Assembly (NCBI RefSeq): GCF_001017655.1
Contig: NZ_CP010904.1
Coordinates: 210,001 to 242,000, forward strand
From: Kiritimatiella glycovorans
GTDB taxonomy: Bacteria > Verrucomicrobiota > Kiritimatiellia > Kiritimatiellales > Kiritimatiellaceae
Length of the DNA stretch: 32,000 nt
Reading direction: 5' to 3'
Positions 9,563-18,368 of the stretch are shown here, piece after piece. Below the pieces are notes generated by a model, which saw nothing but the letters and a program-made list of their open reading frames with translations, did no database searches and had not been told where the DNA came from. How positions within the stretch are numbered: position 1 is the first letter of the stretch; each line of letters begins with the position of its first letter. The position numbers and the translations under genes were made by a program.

Positions 9563-10669
9563 TCAGTCATCGTTGATGGTGTCCTCCAGGAAATACATGT
9601 CACGCACGGTGGTCACCGGAAGCAGGATCAGGCGGAGCGTATCCTCGTAGAGCGAGATATACGATTTCGGCACGTACACGGTGTCGCCGGGCTTCAGCAG
9701 AAGGTCTTCTTCCCGCTCGCCGCGGGTGTAGACGCGGTGGATGTTCGACTTGATGACCTTGGGATGATAGCGGTCGCCGCGGACGGTGATGACGCGGCGC
9801 TCGGTGCCCCGTCTGGCCACTCCGCCGGCATCGGCGATCAGCTCGCTCAGCATCATCCCCTCGTCGAGCGGGTAGATGCCGGGGCCGGCGATGTGGCCGC
9901 ACACGATGACGTGGCTGAGCCTCGTCATTTCAGGTATGTACACGGTTTCGCCGCCGTTGAGGAAAATGTTTTCCTCGATATGGCCGTCGAGCACCCGCTG
10001 CAGATCCATGATCTCGGATTCGCCGTTGGCGTGCGTGACGCGTATGTTGCGGATGTCCGCGTTTTCCGTGTATCCGCCCGCCTCGCTGATGAACGAGGAC
10101 AACAGGGTCTCGCCTTCGATCTCATACGTTCCGGGGCCGGTGTCGCGGTTGGGGTTCATCTTGACTTCCCCGAGGATGGAGACCTTTGCGCCGACGTGTT
10201 TCTCGACGCGCACCTTGACCGTCGGGTGGTTCAGCAGAAGATCAAGCCGCTCCCGGATATCGTTCTGTAGCTCTTCCGGCGACCTTCCGAGGATGTTCAT
10301 CTCGCCTATACTGGGCATGACGACGCGGCCGTCCGGGGGAATCGTGATTTCGCGCGGATATCCGTCCTGCTGCTGGAGCATGTCCCGGAGCCATACCTCG
10401 ACGACGATCTCGTCGTCCACCCGCAGGGTGATCGTCTGCGGACCGCGGCTGGCCACCGATTCGATGCGCTGACGGACCTCCTCCTGCTCCCTGCGCCGCA
10501 TCTCGTTGAGCTGATCCACGATGCGCGACTTCTGGATCTCGAGGAGCTGGCGCTCCTCGGCCACATCGTATTCCTTTTCGCCGGCGGGCGGACGCGCCAC
10601 GCATCCGGCCCCCGAGAAAAGGGCGGTCAGCAGGAGCGGGGCGGCCAGCATCATAATCGTCCGCTTCAT
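9563..10669 (-). CDS. Polysaccharide export protein, Wza-like (Poly_export plus two SLBB domains), probable lipoprotein
   Basis: 368 aa. Signal peptide ends in ..LFSGAGC, a weak lipobox. PDGRVVMPSIGEMNILGRSPEELQNDIRERL followed by KVSILGEV...PGTYEIEG and a second VCGHIAGPGIYPL...GDTVYVP block is the classical Poly_export/SLBB pattern. Confidence 0.85.
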   Translation of the reverse strand: MKRTIMMLAAPLLLTALFSGAGCVARPPAGEKEYDVAEERQLLEIQKSRIVDQLNEMRRREQEEVRQRIESVASRGPQTITLRVDDEIVVEVWLRDMLQQQDGYPREITIPPDGRVVMPSIGEMNILGRSPEELQNDIRERLDLLLNHPTVKVRVEKHVGAKVSILGEVKMNPNRDTGPGTYEIEGETLLSSFISEAGGYTENADIRNIRVTHANGESEIMDLQRVLDGHIEENIFLNGGETVYIPEMTRLSHVIVCGHIAGPGIYPLDEGMMLSELIADAGGVARRGTERRVITVRGDRYHPKVIKSNIHRVYTRGEREEDLLLKPGDTVYVPKSYISLYEDTLRLILLPVTTVRDMYFLEDTINDD

Positions 10670-10676
10670 TCCGGTC

Positions 10677-11735
10677 TCAACCTCCCCTCGTCACCGTACG
10701 CACGATCGAAAGGGCCGGGTGCTCGCGCAGATCCAGCATCTGGCGCCGGTCCGGGTGGTTTCCGTGGCGGTCCAGTACGACTTCGACGAGCGGGCGGAGG
10801 GGGGCTCCCCGGTTCTGGGAGACCACGCGGGCCAGCGCCCCGCTGTTCAGCTCGACGATCGCCCCCACCTGGTAAAAACCGCCGGCGAGCAGCAGTGCCT
10901 TGAGAACATCGGGAGCAAAACGGTCACGATTCCGCTTAAGCATAACCATGACGGGCGCGAACGGCTCGCCGCGCGACTCGAAGTTATCCCACTGTTCGCG
11001 GTACACGCGCTCGAATTCGCAGGCGAGGCCGAGGAGCTGTCCTTCGGAACTGATCTGGCTTCCACGGAGGTGGTTCGGCGTGCCCGACCCGTCGGCTCGT
11101 TCCTTGCACTCGGTGAGCGCGCGCAACATCCGCTCGGGCGCGCCCAGCCGCCGGGCGACATGCGCGGTTTTCTCAAGCGCGTTGCGCTCTTCGCTCCCCT
11201 CCAGCTCACCGATGTCTTTGCCTTCCGGCGCGCCGACGTCGTGTATCAGCGCGGTCGCGCCCAGCCCGAGCTGGTCGCGGCGATTCATCTTGAGCGCGCG
11301 CGCCAGGTGGAGGATGACGACCGCCGTGTTGAGTGCGTGCCTTTCGCGGGCCGCCTCGCCGTGCTCCGGCATCCGCAGGACCTCGGCCCAGAAGGCGCCC
11401 AGTTCCGTTTCCATCGCGGAATCGAGCTGTTCGATAACCCCCGCGATATCACGCCAGCCGAGGTTCAGCCCCTCGTCCGACCGGAGCTGGCCGAGCAGCT
11501 CGGCGGCGTCGCGGCGTGCCTTCATCAGGGCGCTTTCGTCCAGCGCCTCCGAGGAAATGCCGAGTTCCTCCATGGCGCTGTCGATTCCGACCCCGCCCGA
11601 CCGGGGAGAGGACTCGGGTTCCGGGGAGGGGGACGGGGCGGATTTTGCTTCGGTTTCTTCCGCCTGGTCTTCCGGTGCGGGGGACTTCTGTCCCGCCGCC
11701 CGTCGACGTAACTCGCTGAATCTGAGGGGGGACAT
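10677..11735 (-). CDS. Degenerate HD-GYP-like domain protein (possible c-di-GMP-related regulator)
   Basis: 352 aa with a low-complexity Pro/Ser/Glu N-terminus. H-x-n-HD is present (HALNTAVV...LIHDVGA). Canonical HD-GYP proteins carry HHE-x-x-DGSGYP; this protein has ECKERADGSGTPNHL at that position (HHE lost, GYP changed to GTP). AAGGAGG lies upstream of the ATG. The stop is only 7 nt from the wza-like start. Confidence 0.55.
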   Translation of the reverse strand: MSPLRFSELRRRAAGQKSPAPEDQAEETEAKSAPSPSPEPESSPRSGGVGIDSAMEELGISSEALDESALMKARRDAAELLGQLRSDEGLNLGWRDIAGVIEQLDSAMETELGAFWAEVLRMPEHGEAARERHALNTAVVILHLARALKMNRRDQLGLGATALIHDVGAPEGKDIGELEGSEERNALEKTAHVARRLGAPERMLRALTECKERADGSGTPNHLRGSQISSEGQLLGLACEFERVYREQWDNFESRGEPFAPVMVMLKRNRDRFAPDVLKALLLAGGFYQVGAIVELNSGALARVVSQNRGAPLRPLVEVVLDRHGNHPDRRQMLDLREHPALSIVRTVTRGG

Positions 11736-11789
11736 ATCGCCTCCTTGCCGGGGTTTATACCAACAGGGGGTATCTCTGGCAAAGCTTAT

Positions 11790-12449
11790 TTACCCGCAAT
11801 CGCCCTCCCGGAGGTTGCGGCAGTGTTCGGCCAGGACGATCGCGCGGAGACGGTCGCAGGCCTCTTCAAGGTCGTCGTTGATGACCGTGTAGGCGTAGCT
11901 CGTGCGCTGTCGCATCTCCTCCGCGGCATTGGAGATGCGGCGGGCGAGGTCTTCGGGGGTTTCGGTGCCCCGCGATTCGAGGCGCCGGCAGAGTTCCTCC
12001 CGCGAGGGCGGCGCGATAAAGATATCGACCCATCCCCGCGGCAGAGGGTCGTCCGCGGGGGTTTGGCGGAGATTGTTCCGTACCTGTTCGACGCCCTGGG
12101 GATCGATGTCGAGCAGCACGTCCCGGCCCGCGGCCATGGCCGTGCGCACCGACTGACGGAGCGTCCCGTAGCGCCGTCCATGGACCAGGGCGTGTTCCAG
12201 AAAAGCCCCCTCTTCTATGCGCCGCGAGAACTCCTCGTCGCTGACGAAATGATATTCGCGTCCGTCGCGTTCACCCGGACGCGGAGGCCGGGTCGTGCAG
12301 GAGACGGAAAAGGTCAGCGAAGGGAAGTCCGCGAGGAGCCTCCGGCAGAGGGTGCTCTTGCCGGTGCCCGAGGGCGCGGAGACCGCCAGCAGCAGCGGGC
12401 GCTGCGGGGTGCGGGGGTCGGGGAACGGTTCGTGCGGGGTGGTATTCAT
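11790..12449 (-). CDS. gmk: Guanylate kinase
   Basis: 219 aa. P-loop SAPSGTGKSTL, then SVSCTTRPPRPGERDGREYHFVS, FLEHALVHGRRYGT. Classic yicC-gmk adjacency (4 nt gap). Confidence 0.95.
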   Translation of the reverse strand: MNTTPHEPFPDPRTPQRPLLLAVSAPSGTGKSTLCRRLLADFPSLTFSVSCTTRPPRPGERDGREYHFVSDEEFSRRIEEGAFLEHALVHGRRYGTLRQSVRTAMAAGRDVLLDIDPQGVEQVRNNLRQTPADDPLPRGWVDIFIAPPSREELCRRLESRGTETPEDLARRISNAAEEMRQRTSYAYTVINDDLEEACDRLRAIVLAEHCRNLREGDCG

Positions 12450-12453
12450 CGGC

Positions 12454-13338
12454 TCACTCCACGTTCTGGATCTGTTCGCGGATCCGCTCGAGTTCGGTCT
12501 TGATGATCACGCCGCTGCGGGCGATGTCGAGATCGCCGCACTTTGCCCCGATCGTGTTGATCTCGCGCAGCATCTCCTGCGCGAGAAAATCCAGGGTGCG
12601 GCCCGACGCATCGTGCCCCGTCATGCTCTGACGGAACTGGCGTATATGGCTGCGCAGGCGCGTGCGTTCTTCGGTGATGTCGACCCGGTCCAGGAAGGCC
12701 GCGACCTCCCTGACGAGCCACTGTTCCCCCTCGTGGTTTTCCGCGACCCCCGCCGCGCGCAGCTCCTCCCGGAGGCGTTGCCGGTAGCGGACCGCGGCAT
12801 TCCCGGAACAGCGGTCGATCCCCGTGAGATGCTGCTCCATCGTCCGCAGCCGGGCGCGGATGTCGCGCTCGAGTTCGCGTCCCTCGCGCCGCCGCATGCG
12901 GTCGAGTTCGCGAAGAGCGCGCCGCAGCGCCAGTTCCGCGGAGGCGCGGCAGACCTCGGGGTCCGAGGGTGCCTCGCTGAGGTGCACCAGGTCGGGCACA
13001 CGCAGCAGGGTTGAGGCGCTGAGGTCGTCGTTCAGCCCCAGCTCCTCCGCCGCGGCGCGGAGTTCGCGGGCGGTCTCCGCGGCCCGGTCGCGATCGATCT
13101 CCACCCGGCGCGAGGGACCGGACGACCACCGGAAACTCACCGCCCCCGTCACGCGGCCCCGTTCGATCACCTCGCGGGCCAGGCGACGCAGGTCCGGCTC
13201 GAGCGCCGCATAGGGCCGGGGCAGCTGCAGGGCGATATCGCACTGCTTGCGGTTGACTGAAGACAGCTCCACCGTCGCACGCACCCCGCCGCGTACGCCT
13301 TCCCCGCGCCCGTAGCCCGTCATACTTTTCAGCGCCAT
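12454..13338 (-). CDS. yicC: YicC family stress-induced protein (YicC-like endoribonuclease family)
   Basis: 294 aa. N-terminal SMTGYGRGE and C-terminal GRTLDFLAQEMLREINTIGAK...ELERIREQIQNVE are the YicC_N/DUF1732 signatures. Confidence 0.9.
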   Translation of the reverse strand: MALKSMTGYGRGEGVRGGVRATVELSSVNRKQCDIALQLPRPYAALEPDLRRLAREVIERGRVTGAVSFRWSSGPSRRVEIDRDRAAETARELRAAAEELGLNDDLSASTLLRVPDLVHLSEAPSDPEVCRASAELALRRALRELDRMRRREGRELERDIRARLRTMEQHLTGIDRCSGNAAVRYRQRLREELRAAGVAENHEGEQWLVREVAAFLDRVDITEERTRLRSHIRQFRQSMTGHDASGRTLDFLAQEMLREINTIGAKCGDLDIARSGVIIKTELERIREQIQNVE

Positions 13339-13353
13339 GATGTCCGGCTTTCG

Positions 13354-14565
13354 TTACAGGGATTTGCGCTGCGATTTCCATTCCGCGATCTGCTGGACGT
13401 CCTTGTCCCCGCGTCCGGACACATTGATCACGACGAGCTGTCCGGGGGCGAAGCGCCCGGCGTTACGGATGATCCAGGCCACGGCGTGCGCGCTCTCGAG
13501 GGCGGGTAAAATTCCTTCCCACTGCGCCAGTTTATCGAAGCCCATGACGGCGTCCTCGTCCGTGACCCAGGAATATTCCGCCCGGCCGGTGTCGTGGAGA
13601 AGGCTGTGCTCCGGGCCCACGGCGGCGTAATCGAGACCGGCGCTGACGGAGTGGGTGAGCTGGATCTGCCCCTCGTCGTCCTGCAGCACGTACGTACGGG
13701 TGCCCTGCAGGATACCGGTGCGCGCGTCGGCGAAGCGCGCGGCATGCTTGCCGCTCTCGATCCCCGTTCCCCCCGCCTCCACGCCGATCAGACGGACGTC
13801 CGTATCCTTCACGAACGGGTGGAACAGGCCCAGGGCATTACTCCCGCCCCCCACGCAGGCGATCAGGGCGTCGGGAAGCCGGCCTTCGTGCCGGCGGATC
13901 TGGGTGCGCGTCTCGCGCCCGATCACACTCTGGAAATCGCGCACCATACGCGGGTAGGGATGGGCTCCCAGCACGGAACCGAGCACGTAATGGGTGGTGC
14001 GCACGTTCGTGACCCAGTCGCGCATCGCCTCGCTGATGGCCTCCTTCAGGGTCTGCTGCCCCGCGGCGACCGGGACGACCTCCGCGCCCAGGCTCTCCAT
14101 GCGGAAGACGTTGAGCGCCTGGCGCTCCATATCGACTTTGCCCATATAGATGACGCATTCCAGTCCGAACATCGCGGCGACCGTGGCCGTGGCGACTCCG
14201 TGCTGGCCGGCGCCGGTTTCGGCGATGATGCGTTTTTTGCCCATGCGGCGGGCCAGCAGGATCTGTCCGATGCAGTTGTTGATCTTGTGGGCCCCGGTGT
14301 GGCACAGGTCCTCGCGCTTGAGATAGATCTTTGCTCCGTCCAGCTCGCGCGTCATGCGGTCGGCGTAGTAGAGCGGGGTGGGGCGCCCGACGTATTCGCG
14401 CAGGTAGTACCTGAGTTCGCGCCGGAATGACGCGTCCCGCCGCGCCGCGCGGTAGGTCTCGTCGAGTTCGCGCAGCGGTTCCATCAGGGTCTCGGGGACG
14501 TACACGCCACCGTAGGCCCCGAAATGACCGCCGCGATCGGGCTGTCCTAGCTTGGGGTTCGACAT
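13354..14565 (-). CDS. trpB: Tryptophan synthase beta chain (TrpB1-type)
   Basis: 403 aa. [18 protein letters not shown]-lysine motif [37 protein letters not shown]. Its start overlaps the trpF stop by 19 nt. Confidence 0.95.
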   Translation of the reverse strand: MSNPKLGQPDRGGHFGAYGGVYVPETLMEPLRELDETYRAARRDASFRRELRYYLREYVGRPTPLYYADRMTRELDGAKIYLKREDLCHTGAHKINNCIGQILLARRMGKKRIIAETGAGQHGVATATVAAMFGLECVIYMGKVDMERQALNVFRMESLGAEVVPVAAGQQTLKEAISEAMRDWVTNVRTTHYVLGSVLGAHPYPRMVRDFQSVIGRETRTQIRRHEGRLPDALIACVGGGSNALGLFHPFVKDTDVRLIGVEAGGTGIESGKHAARFADARTGILQGTRTYVLQDDEGQIQLTHSVSAGLDYAAVGPEHSLLHDTGRAEYSWVTDEDAVMGFDKLAQWEGILPALESAHAVAWIIRNAGRFAPGQLVVINVSGRGDKDVQQIAEWKSQRKSL

Positions 14566-15197
14566 AGTTCTATGAACCGTTTCACTTTGTCAGGATCCTT
14601 TTCACCCGGCGCGCTTTCAACGCCGGAACTCACGTCCACGCCCGCCGGCCGCACGGCCGCGAGGGCGTCCGTCAGGTTGGCGGGGCTGAGCCCCCCCGCC
14701 AGAATGACGGGCGGCTCCAGTTCCCCGGCGGCTCGCCGGGCGGCCGTCCAGTCACAGCAGCGCCCCGTGCCGCCGACACGGGCCCGGTCGAAGGCGTCCA
14801 GCAGTATGCGGTCGAACCGCCGGAAGCTCTCGTCGGTGAGGGCCTCGGTCGGCGTGCAGGCGGCCCATCGTTCCGGAGCCTGCGCGCTTGCGCCCAGCAC
14901 GCGCTCGCACCGATCCGCCGTATCGCGGGGCGAGACGGCCAGGCGGTGCAGCTGCACGGCATCGGGGGCGCAGCGATCGAGCACCTCGCGGAGCTGCGTC
15001 TCATCCGGATCCACCATCACGGCGACGCGCAGCACCGAAGCGGGCACGGATTCAGACCAGCGGGCCACGGTTTCGGGGTCGACCGCCCGCGGAGACCGGG
15101 GCCAGAAGACGAAGCCGACGGCGTCGGGTTTTGCCGCCAGAACCGTATCGAGGTCCGCCTTCCTGCAGATTCCGCAGATCTTGACGAACACGCTCAT
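14547..15197 (-). CDS. trpF: N-(5'-phosphoribosyl)anthranilate isomerase
   Basis: Start set at ATG 15197 ([10 protein letters not shown]..., the typical TrpF N-terminus) rather than the track start at 15386, which lies inside the azoR-like gene. [15 protein letters not shown] and [11 protein letters not shown] fit PRAI. 216 aa. Confidence 0.85.
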   Translation of the reverse strand: MSVFVKICGICRKADLDTVLAAKPDAVGFVFWPRSPRAVDPETVARWSESVPASVLRVAVMVDPDETQLREVLDRCAPDAVQLHRLAVSPRDTADRCERVLGASAQAPERWAACTPTEALTDESFRRFDRILLDAFDRARVGGTGRCCDWTAARRAAGELEPPVILAGGLSPANLTDALAAVRPAGVDVSSGVESAPGEKDPDKVKRFIELCRTPS

Positions 15198-15213
15198 GAG
15201 GGACCGGGCCGGG

Positions 15214-15870
15214 TCAGGCCGTGGCGGGGGCCAGATCGGCCAGAATGTCTTCCGCCAGTTCTTCCGCGGATTCGACCGCCAGGGCGCGCCGTTCGGTGCA
15301 GTCGCTGCTGAAAACCGGGTTCTGCCCGTCCGCCCACGCGATCCGCACGTCCGTAATACCCACGAAACCGAACGCCGCCCGTACATCGGACGACAGAGCG
15401 TCCCGTTCGTCGTCCTCCTTGTAGATCCCGCCGGACGCGACGAGCAGCACGATACTGCGGATGCGGTGCAGCGGCCTCACTTCGCGTCCCTCGAATTCGA
15501 ACATGATGCCGGGAGACAGCACCTGATCCATCCAGGCCTTCAGGATGGAGGGAACGGAGAAGTTCCACATCGGAGTGGTCAGCACCAGCACGTCCGCGTC
15601 GTCGAGGTGCTCTTTCTGCTTGTTCGCGTAATGCAGCGCGGCGTCCTCCTCGCGTGTGGGCTCGTACTCGCCGCCCTGCAGGACGGGATACCAGAAGCGC
15701 TTGAACAGGCTGTAGGTGTAGTAGGGCGGCTTTTCTTCGTAGAGGTCGATGTTGTCGATCTCCACCTCCGGGTTGAGTTCCATGAGCCTGGCGAAAAAGG
15801 CGGTGGCGAGTTGTTTCGACGCCGACTCCTCCGTGGGCTTCGGATTGGCACACACATGCAGAAACTTCAC
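15214..15870 (-). CDS. FMN-dependent NADH-azoreductase / flavodoxin-like quinone reductase (AzoR family)
   Basis: 218 aa. VLVLTTPMWNFSVPSILKAWMDQV matches the AzoR PMYNFxIPxxLKxWID motif. GTG start at 15868-15870 is preceded by AAGGAG with a 6 nt spacer. Confidence 0.8.
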   Translation of the reverse strand: MKFLHVCANPKPTEESASKQLATAFFARLMELNPEVEIDNIDLYEEKPPYYTYSLFKRFWYPVLQGGEYEPTREEDAALHYANKQKEHLDDADVLVLTTPMWNFSVPSILKAWMDQVLSPGIMFEFEGREVRPLHRIRSIVLLVASGGIYKEDDERDALSSDVRAAFGFVGITDVRIAWADGQNPVFSSDCTERRALAVESAEELAEDILADLAPATA

Positions 15871-15900
15871 TGGGCTCTCCTTAACACTTGAGATTCACAA

Positions 15901-15914
15901 CCCCGCGTGCGGGG
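15901..15914 (-). terminator. Short GC hairpin between the kinase and the azoR-like gene; weak terminator or attenuator candidate
   Basis: Palindrome CCCCGCGTGCGGGG. On the minus strand it is followed by TTGTGAAT, a poor U-tract. It lies in the only sizeable gap (111 nt) of the minus-strand gene string. Confidence 0.3.
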
Positions 15915-15981
15915 CGGCTTTCGGGGGAATGAAATGACATAACATCGGCCCGAGTACAAACGTAAACGCCGCTAAATTCCA

Positions 15982-17160
15982 TCACGCAAGTATTTCGTCC
16001 ATCTCCCGCCTCGGTTCATTGCGTCGGCCGAGCAGCTTCTCGATGTAGAATTCGAGTTCCCGGTCGTACTCGGTGTCCTTGCCCGCCTGCGCGAGCTGCT
16101 TGTGCACGAGGACCAGTCCCTCGGGGCCGGATTCGGCCTCCATGGCGTCGGCATAACGCTGCTTCGGGTCCGGATGGAGCATCCGGCGCAGCATGCCGAT
16201 GATGTAGTCGTTGCGCCGCACCCGGGTCGGCAGGATCTCCGGCAGCAGCTCGGGGAGCCGCATCTTGAACCGCAGCAGTTCGTCTTCGTTCAGGGTTTCG
16301 GTGTCGACCAGCGGGCGCCCTCTGAGCAGTTCGAGACCCACCAGCCCGACGCTGTAGAGGTCGGACTGGATCATGGCGCTCTCGCCGCAGTGGACCTCGG
16401 GCGCCATGAACAGCGGGGTGCCCATCAGGAAGGTGTGCTTCTCGTCCACGGTGACCGCGCGGCCGTAATCGATGATTTTTATGATCCCGAGCCGGTCGAT
16501 CATGATGTTGGCGGGCTTGATGTCGCTGTGCAGAAAGCCGGCGTTGTGCAGCTCCTCGAGTCCGCGCAGGACCTGGCGCATGATGAACATTGCCACGCCG
16601 GGCTGGATGCGCTTGATCTCGTCCTTGACGTTGAACACCGCGTCGGTGAAGTGCTCCCATTCCTCCGGGGTGCTCCGCGCGCGCGCCGCTTCGAAGTGGT
16701 TGCCGTGGACGAGGTGGTGCGTATCGATGCCCTCGACGACCTCCATCTGGGTGTATCCGATCCCGTCGATCTCCTCGTAGATGTCGCGGGAGACGAGATT
16801 GGGGCTGTTGACCTTCTGAAGCTTGCTGATCTGGGAGGCGATCCGGCCCATGTCGGTCCAGTACTTCTCGGTGCTCGGATAGATCGAGGGGTCGTGGAGC
16901 TTGATTGCGTGCTGCGTGGTGCAGCCGCGGGCCCCCTGGCGCAGCGCCTGGAAGACCACGCCCTGCCGCCCCCGGCCGAGTTCGCGCGTAAAGCGGTAGG
17001 CGAGGGGGTAGTAGATCTCCCGGGAGCGGAGCAGGCCCGTGTAGTTCCGGCGCAGGCGCTTGATGTCGATCTCGCGCGACGCCGCGGGCATGGGATCCGA
17101 CTCGGGGCCGGCCACGGTCTCGGGGCCGGCGTCGCGGTTCTGCTGAGATTCCGTGTTCAT
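15982..17160 (-). CDS. Hanks-type Ser/Thr protein kinase, soluble, non-RD variant
   Basis: 392 aa from ATG 17158-17160. Gly-rich loop [14 protein letters not shown]-type lysine HAIKLH, catalytic loop [11 protein letters not shown] (HSD instead of HRD), IIDYGRA (DYG instead of DFG), GTPLFMAPE. No TM segment or recognisable sensor domain. The ATG overlaps the TGA of the upstream TrpB paralog (ATGA). Confidence 0.85.
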   Translation of the reverse strand: MNTESQQNRDAGPETVAGPESDPMPAASREIDIKRLRRNYTGLLRSREIYYPLAYRFTRELGRGRQGVVFQALRQGARGCTTQHAIKLHDPSIYPSTEKYWTDMGRIASQISKLQKVNSPNLVSRDIYEEIDGIGYTQMEVVEGIDTHHLVHGNHFEAARARSTPEEWEHFTDAVFNVKDEIKRIQPGVAMFIMRQVLRGLEELHNAGFLHSDIKPANIMIDRLGIIKIIDYGRAVTVDEKHTFLMGTPLFMAPEVHCGESAMIQSDLYSVGLVGLELLRGRPLVDTETLNEDELLRFKMRLPELLPEILPTRVRRNDYIIGMLRRMLHPDPKQRYADAMEAESGPEGLVLVHKQLAQAGKDTEYDRELEFYIEKLLGRRNEPRREMDEILA

Positions 17161-18368
17161 CCGTCCCCGCAGCCGTAATGGTCCAGCACGTAGTCCAGAT
17201 CCTTGTCGCCGCGGCCGCTCAGATTGACGAGAATCGCCCCGTGCGGTTTCTCGCGCGCCAGTTCGAGGGCGTAGGATACGGCGTGGGCGCTCTCCAGTGC
17301 GGGGATGATGCCCTCGAGACGGCACAGCCGATGGAAGGCGTCGATGGCCTGGCGGTCGTCGGCGGTCACGTAGCGAACCCGTCCCTCGTCTTTGAGGAAG
17401 CTGTGTTCGGGGCCGACGCCGGGGTAGTCGAGTCCGCTGGCGCAGGAATACACCGGCGCCGGATTGCCCTCGCCGTCCTGGAGCAGATAACACTTGAACC
17501 CGTGGATGATGCCCTCCCGGCCGTAGCTCATCGTCGCCGCGTGTTCGCCCGTCTTCTCGCCCCGTCCAAGCGGTTCGACCCCGTAAAGCTCGGCCGCAGT
17601 GTCGAGAAATCCCGAGAAGATGCCCATCGCGTTGCTCCCCCCGCCGACGCAGGCGCAGACGGCGTGGGGATCGGTGCCCGTCATCTCGCGGAACTGCTCG
17701 CGGGACTCCACGCCGACGACGTGCTGGAAGTCGCGGACCATGAGCGGGAAGGGGTGCGGCCCGACCACGGAGCCGATGCAGTAGATGGAGTTTTCGTAAT
17801 CGGCGAGATAGGCCTGGAAGGCGGAGTCGACCGCCTCTTTCAGCGTCCTGAGCCCGAAGCTCACGGGGACGACGGCGGCCCCGAGCAGCTTCATCCGGCT
17901 GACATTGGGCGCCTCTTTTTCGATGTCGACTTCGCCCATGTGGATCTCGCATTCGAGCCCGAAACACGCCGCGGCCGTGGCCAGGGCCACGCCGTGCTGG
18001 CCCGCCCCGGTCTCGGCGATGAGTTTGCGCTTGCCCATGTGGCGCGCCAGCAGGGCTTCGCCCATGCAGTGATTGAGCTTGTGCGCGCCGGTGTGATTGA
18101 GGTCCTCGCGCTTGAGATAGATCTGCGCGCCGCCCGCGTATTCCGAGAGCCGCGCGGCATGGTAGACGGGGGTCGGACGGCCCTGGTAATGACGCCGGAT
18201 GTGGCGCAGCTCGGTCAGAAATTTGTCGGACCAGCGCAGCGAGAAATAGGCCTCCGTGATCTCGCGGAAGGGCTTCTCCAGTTCCGGGGGCAGATAGGCC
18301 CCGCCGTATCCCCCGAACCGGCCTTCCTCGTCGGGATATTTCGATAAGTAGTCTTTGTAGTCCTGCAC
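17157..18368 (-). CDS. Second tryptophan-synthase-beta-type PLP enzyme (divergent TrpB1-like paralog)
   Basis: 403 aa. [21 protein letters not shown] (PLP lysine kept), [34 protein letters not shown]. By eye about half of the residues are identical to the trpB at 13354-14565. GTG start at 18366-18368 with GGAGG 5 nt upstream. Confidence 0.85.
   Translation of the reverse strand: MQDYKDYLSKYPDEEGRFGGYGGAYLPPELEKPFREITEAYFSLRWSDKFLTELRHIRRHYQGRPTPVYHAARLSEYAGGAQIYLKREDLNHTGAHKLNHCMGEALLARHMGKRKLIAETGAGQHGVALATAAACFGLECEIHMGEVDIEKEAPNVSRMKLLGAAVVPVSFGLRTLKEAVDSAFQAYLADYENSIYCIGSVVGPHPFPLMVRDFQHVVGVESREQFREMTGTDPHAVCACVGGGSNAMGIFSGFLDTAAELYGVEPLGRGEKTGEHAATMSYGREGIIHGFKCYLLQDGEGNPAPVYSCASGLDYPGVGPEHSFLKDEGRVRYVTADDRQAIDAFHRLCRLEGIIPALESAHAVSYALELAREKPHGAILVNLSGRGDKDLDYVLDHYGCGDG

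Noticed and set aside
14547-15386. Longer 279 aa version of trpF starting at 15386
   Set aside because: The extra 63 codons overlap the 3' part of the AzoR-like gene in another frame and translate to R/W/P-rich sequence. The canonical TrpF N-terminus [10 protein letters not shown] starts at 15197.
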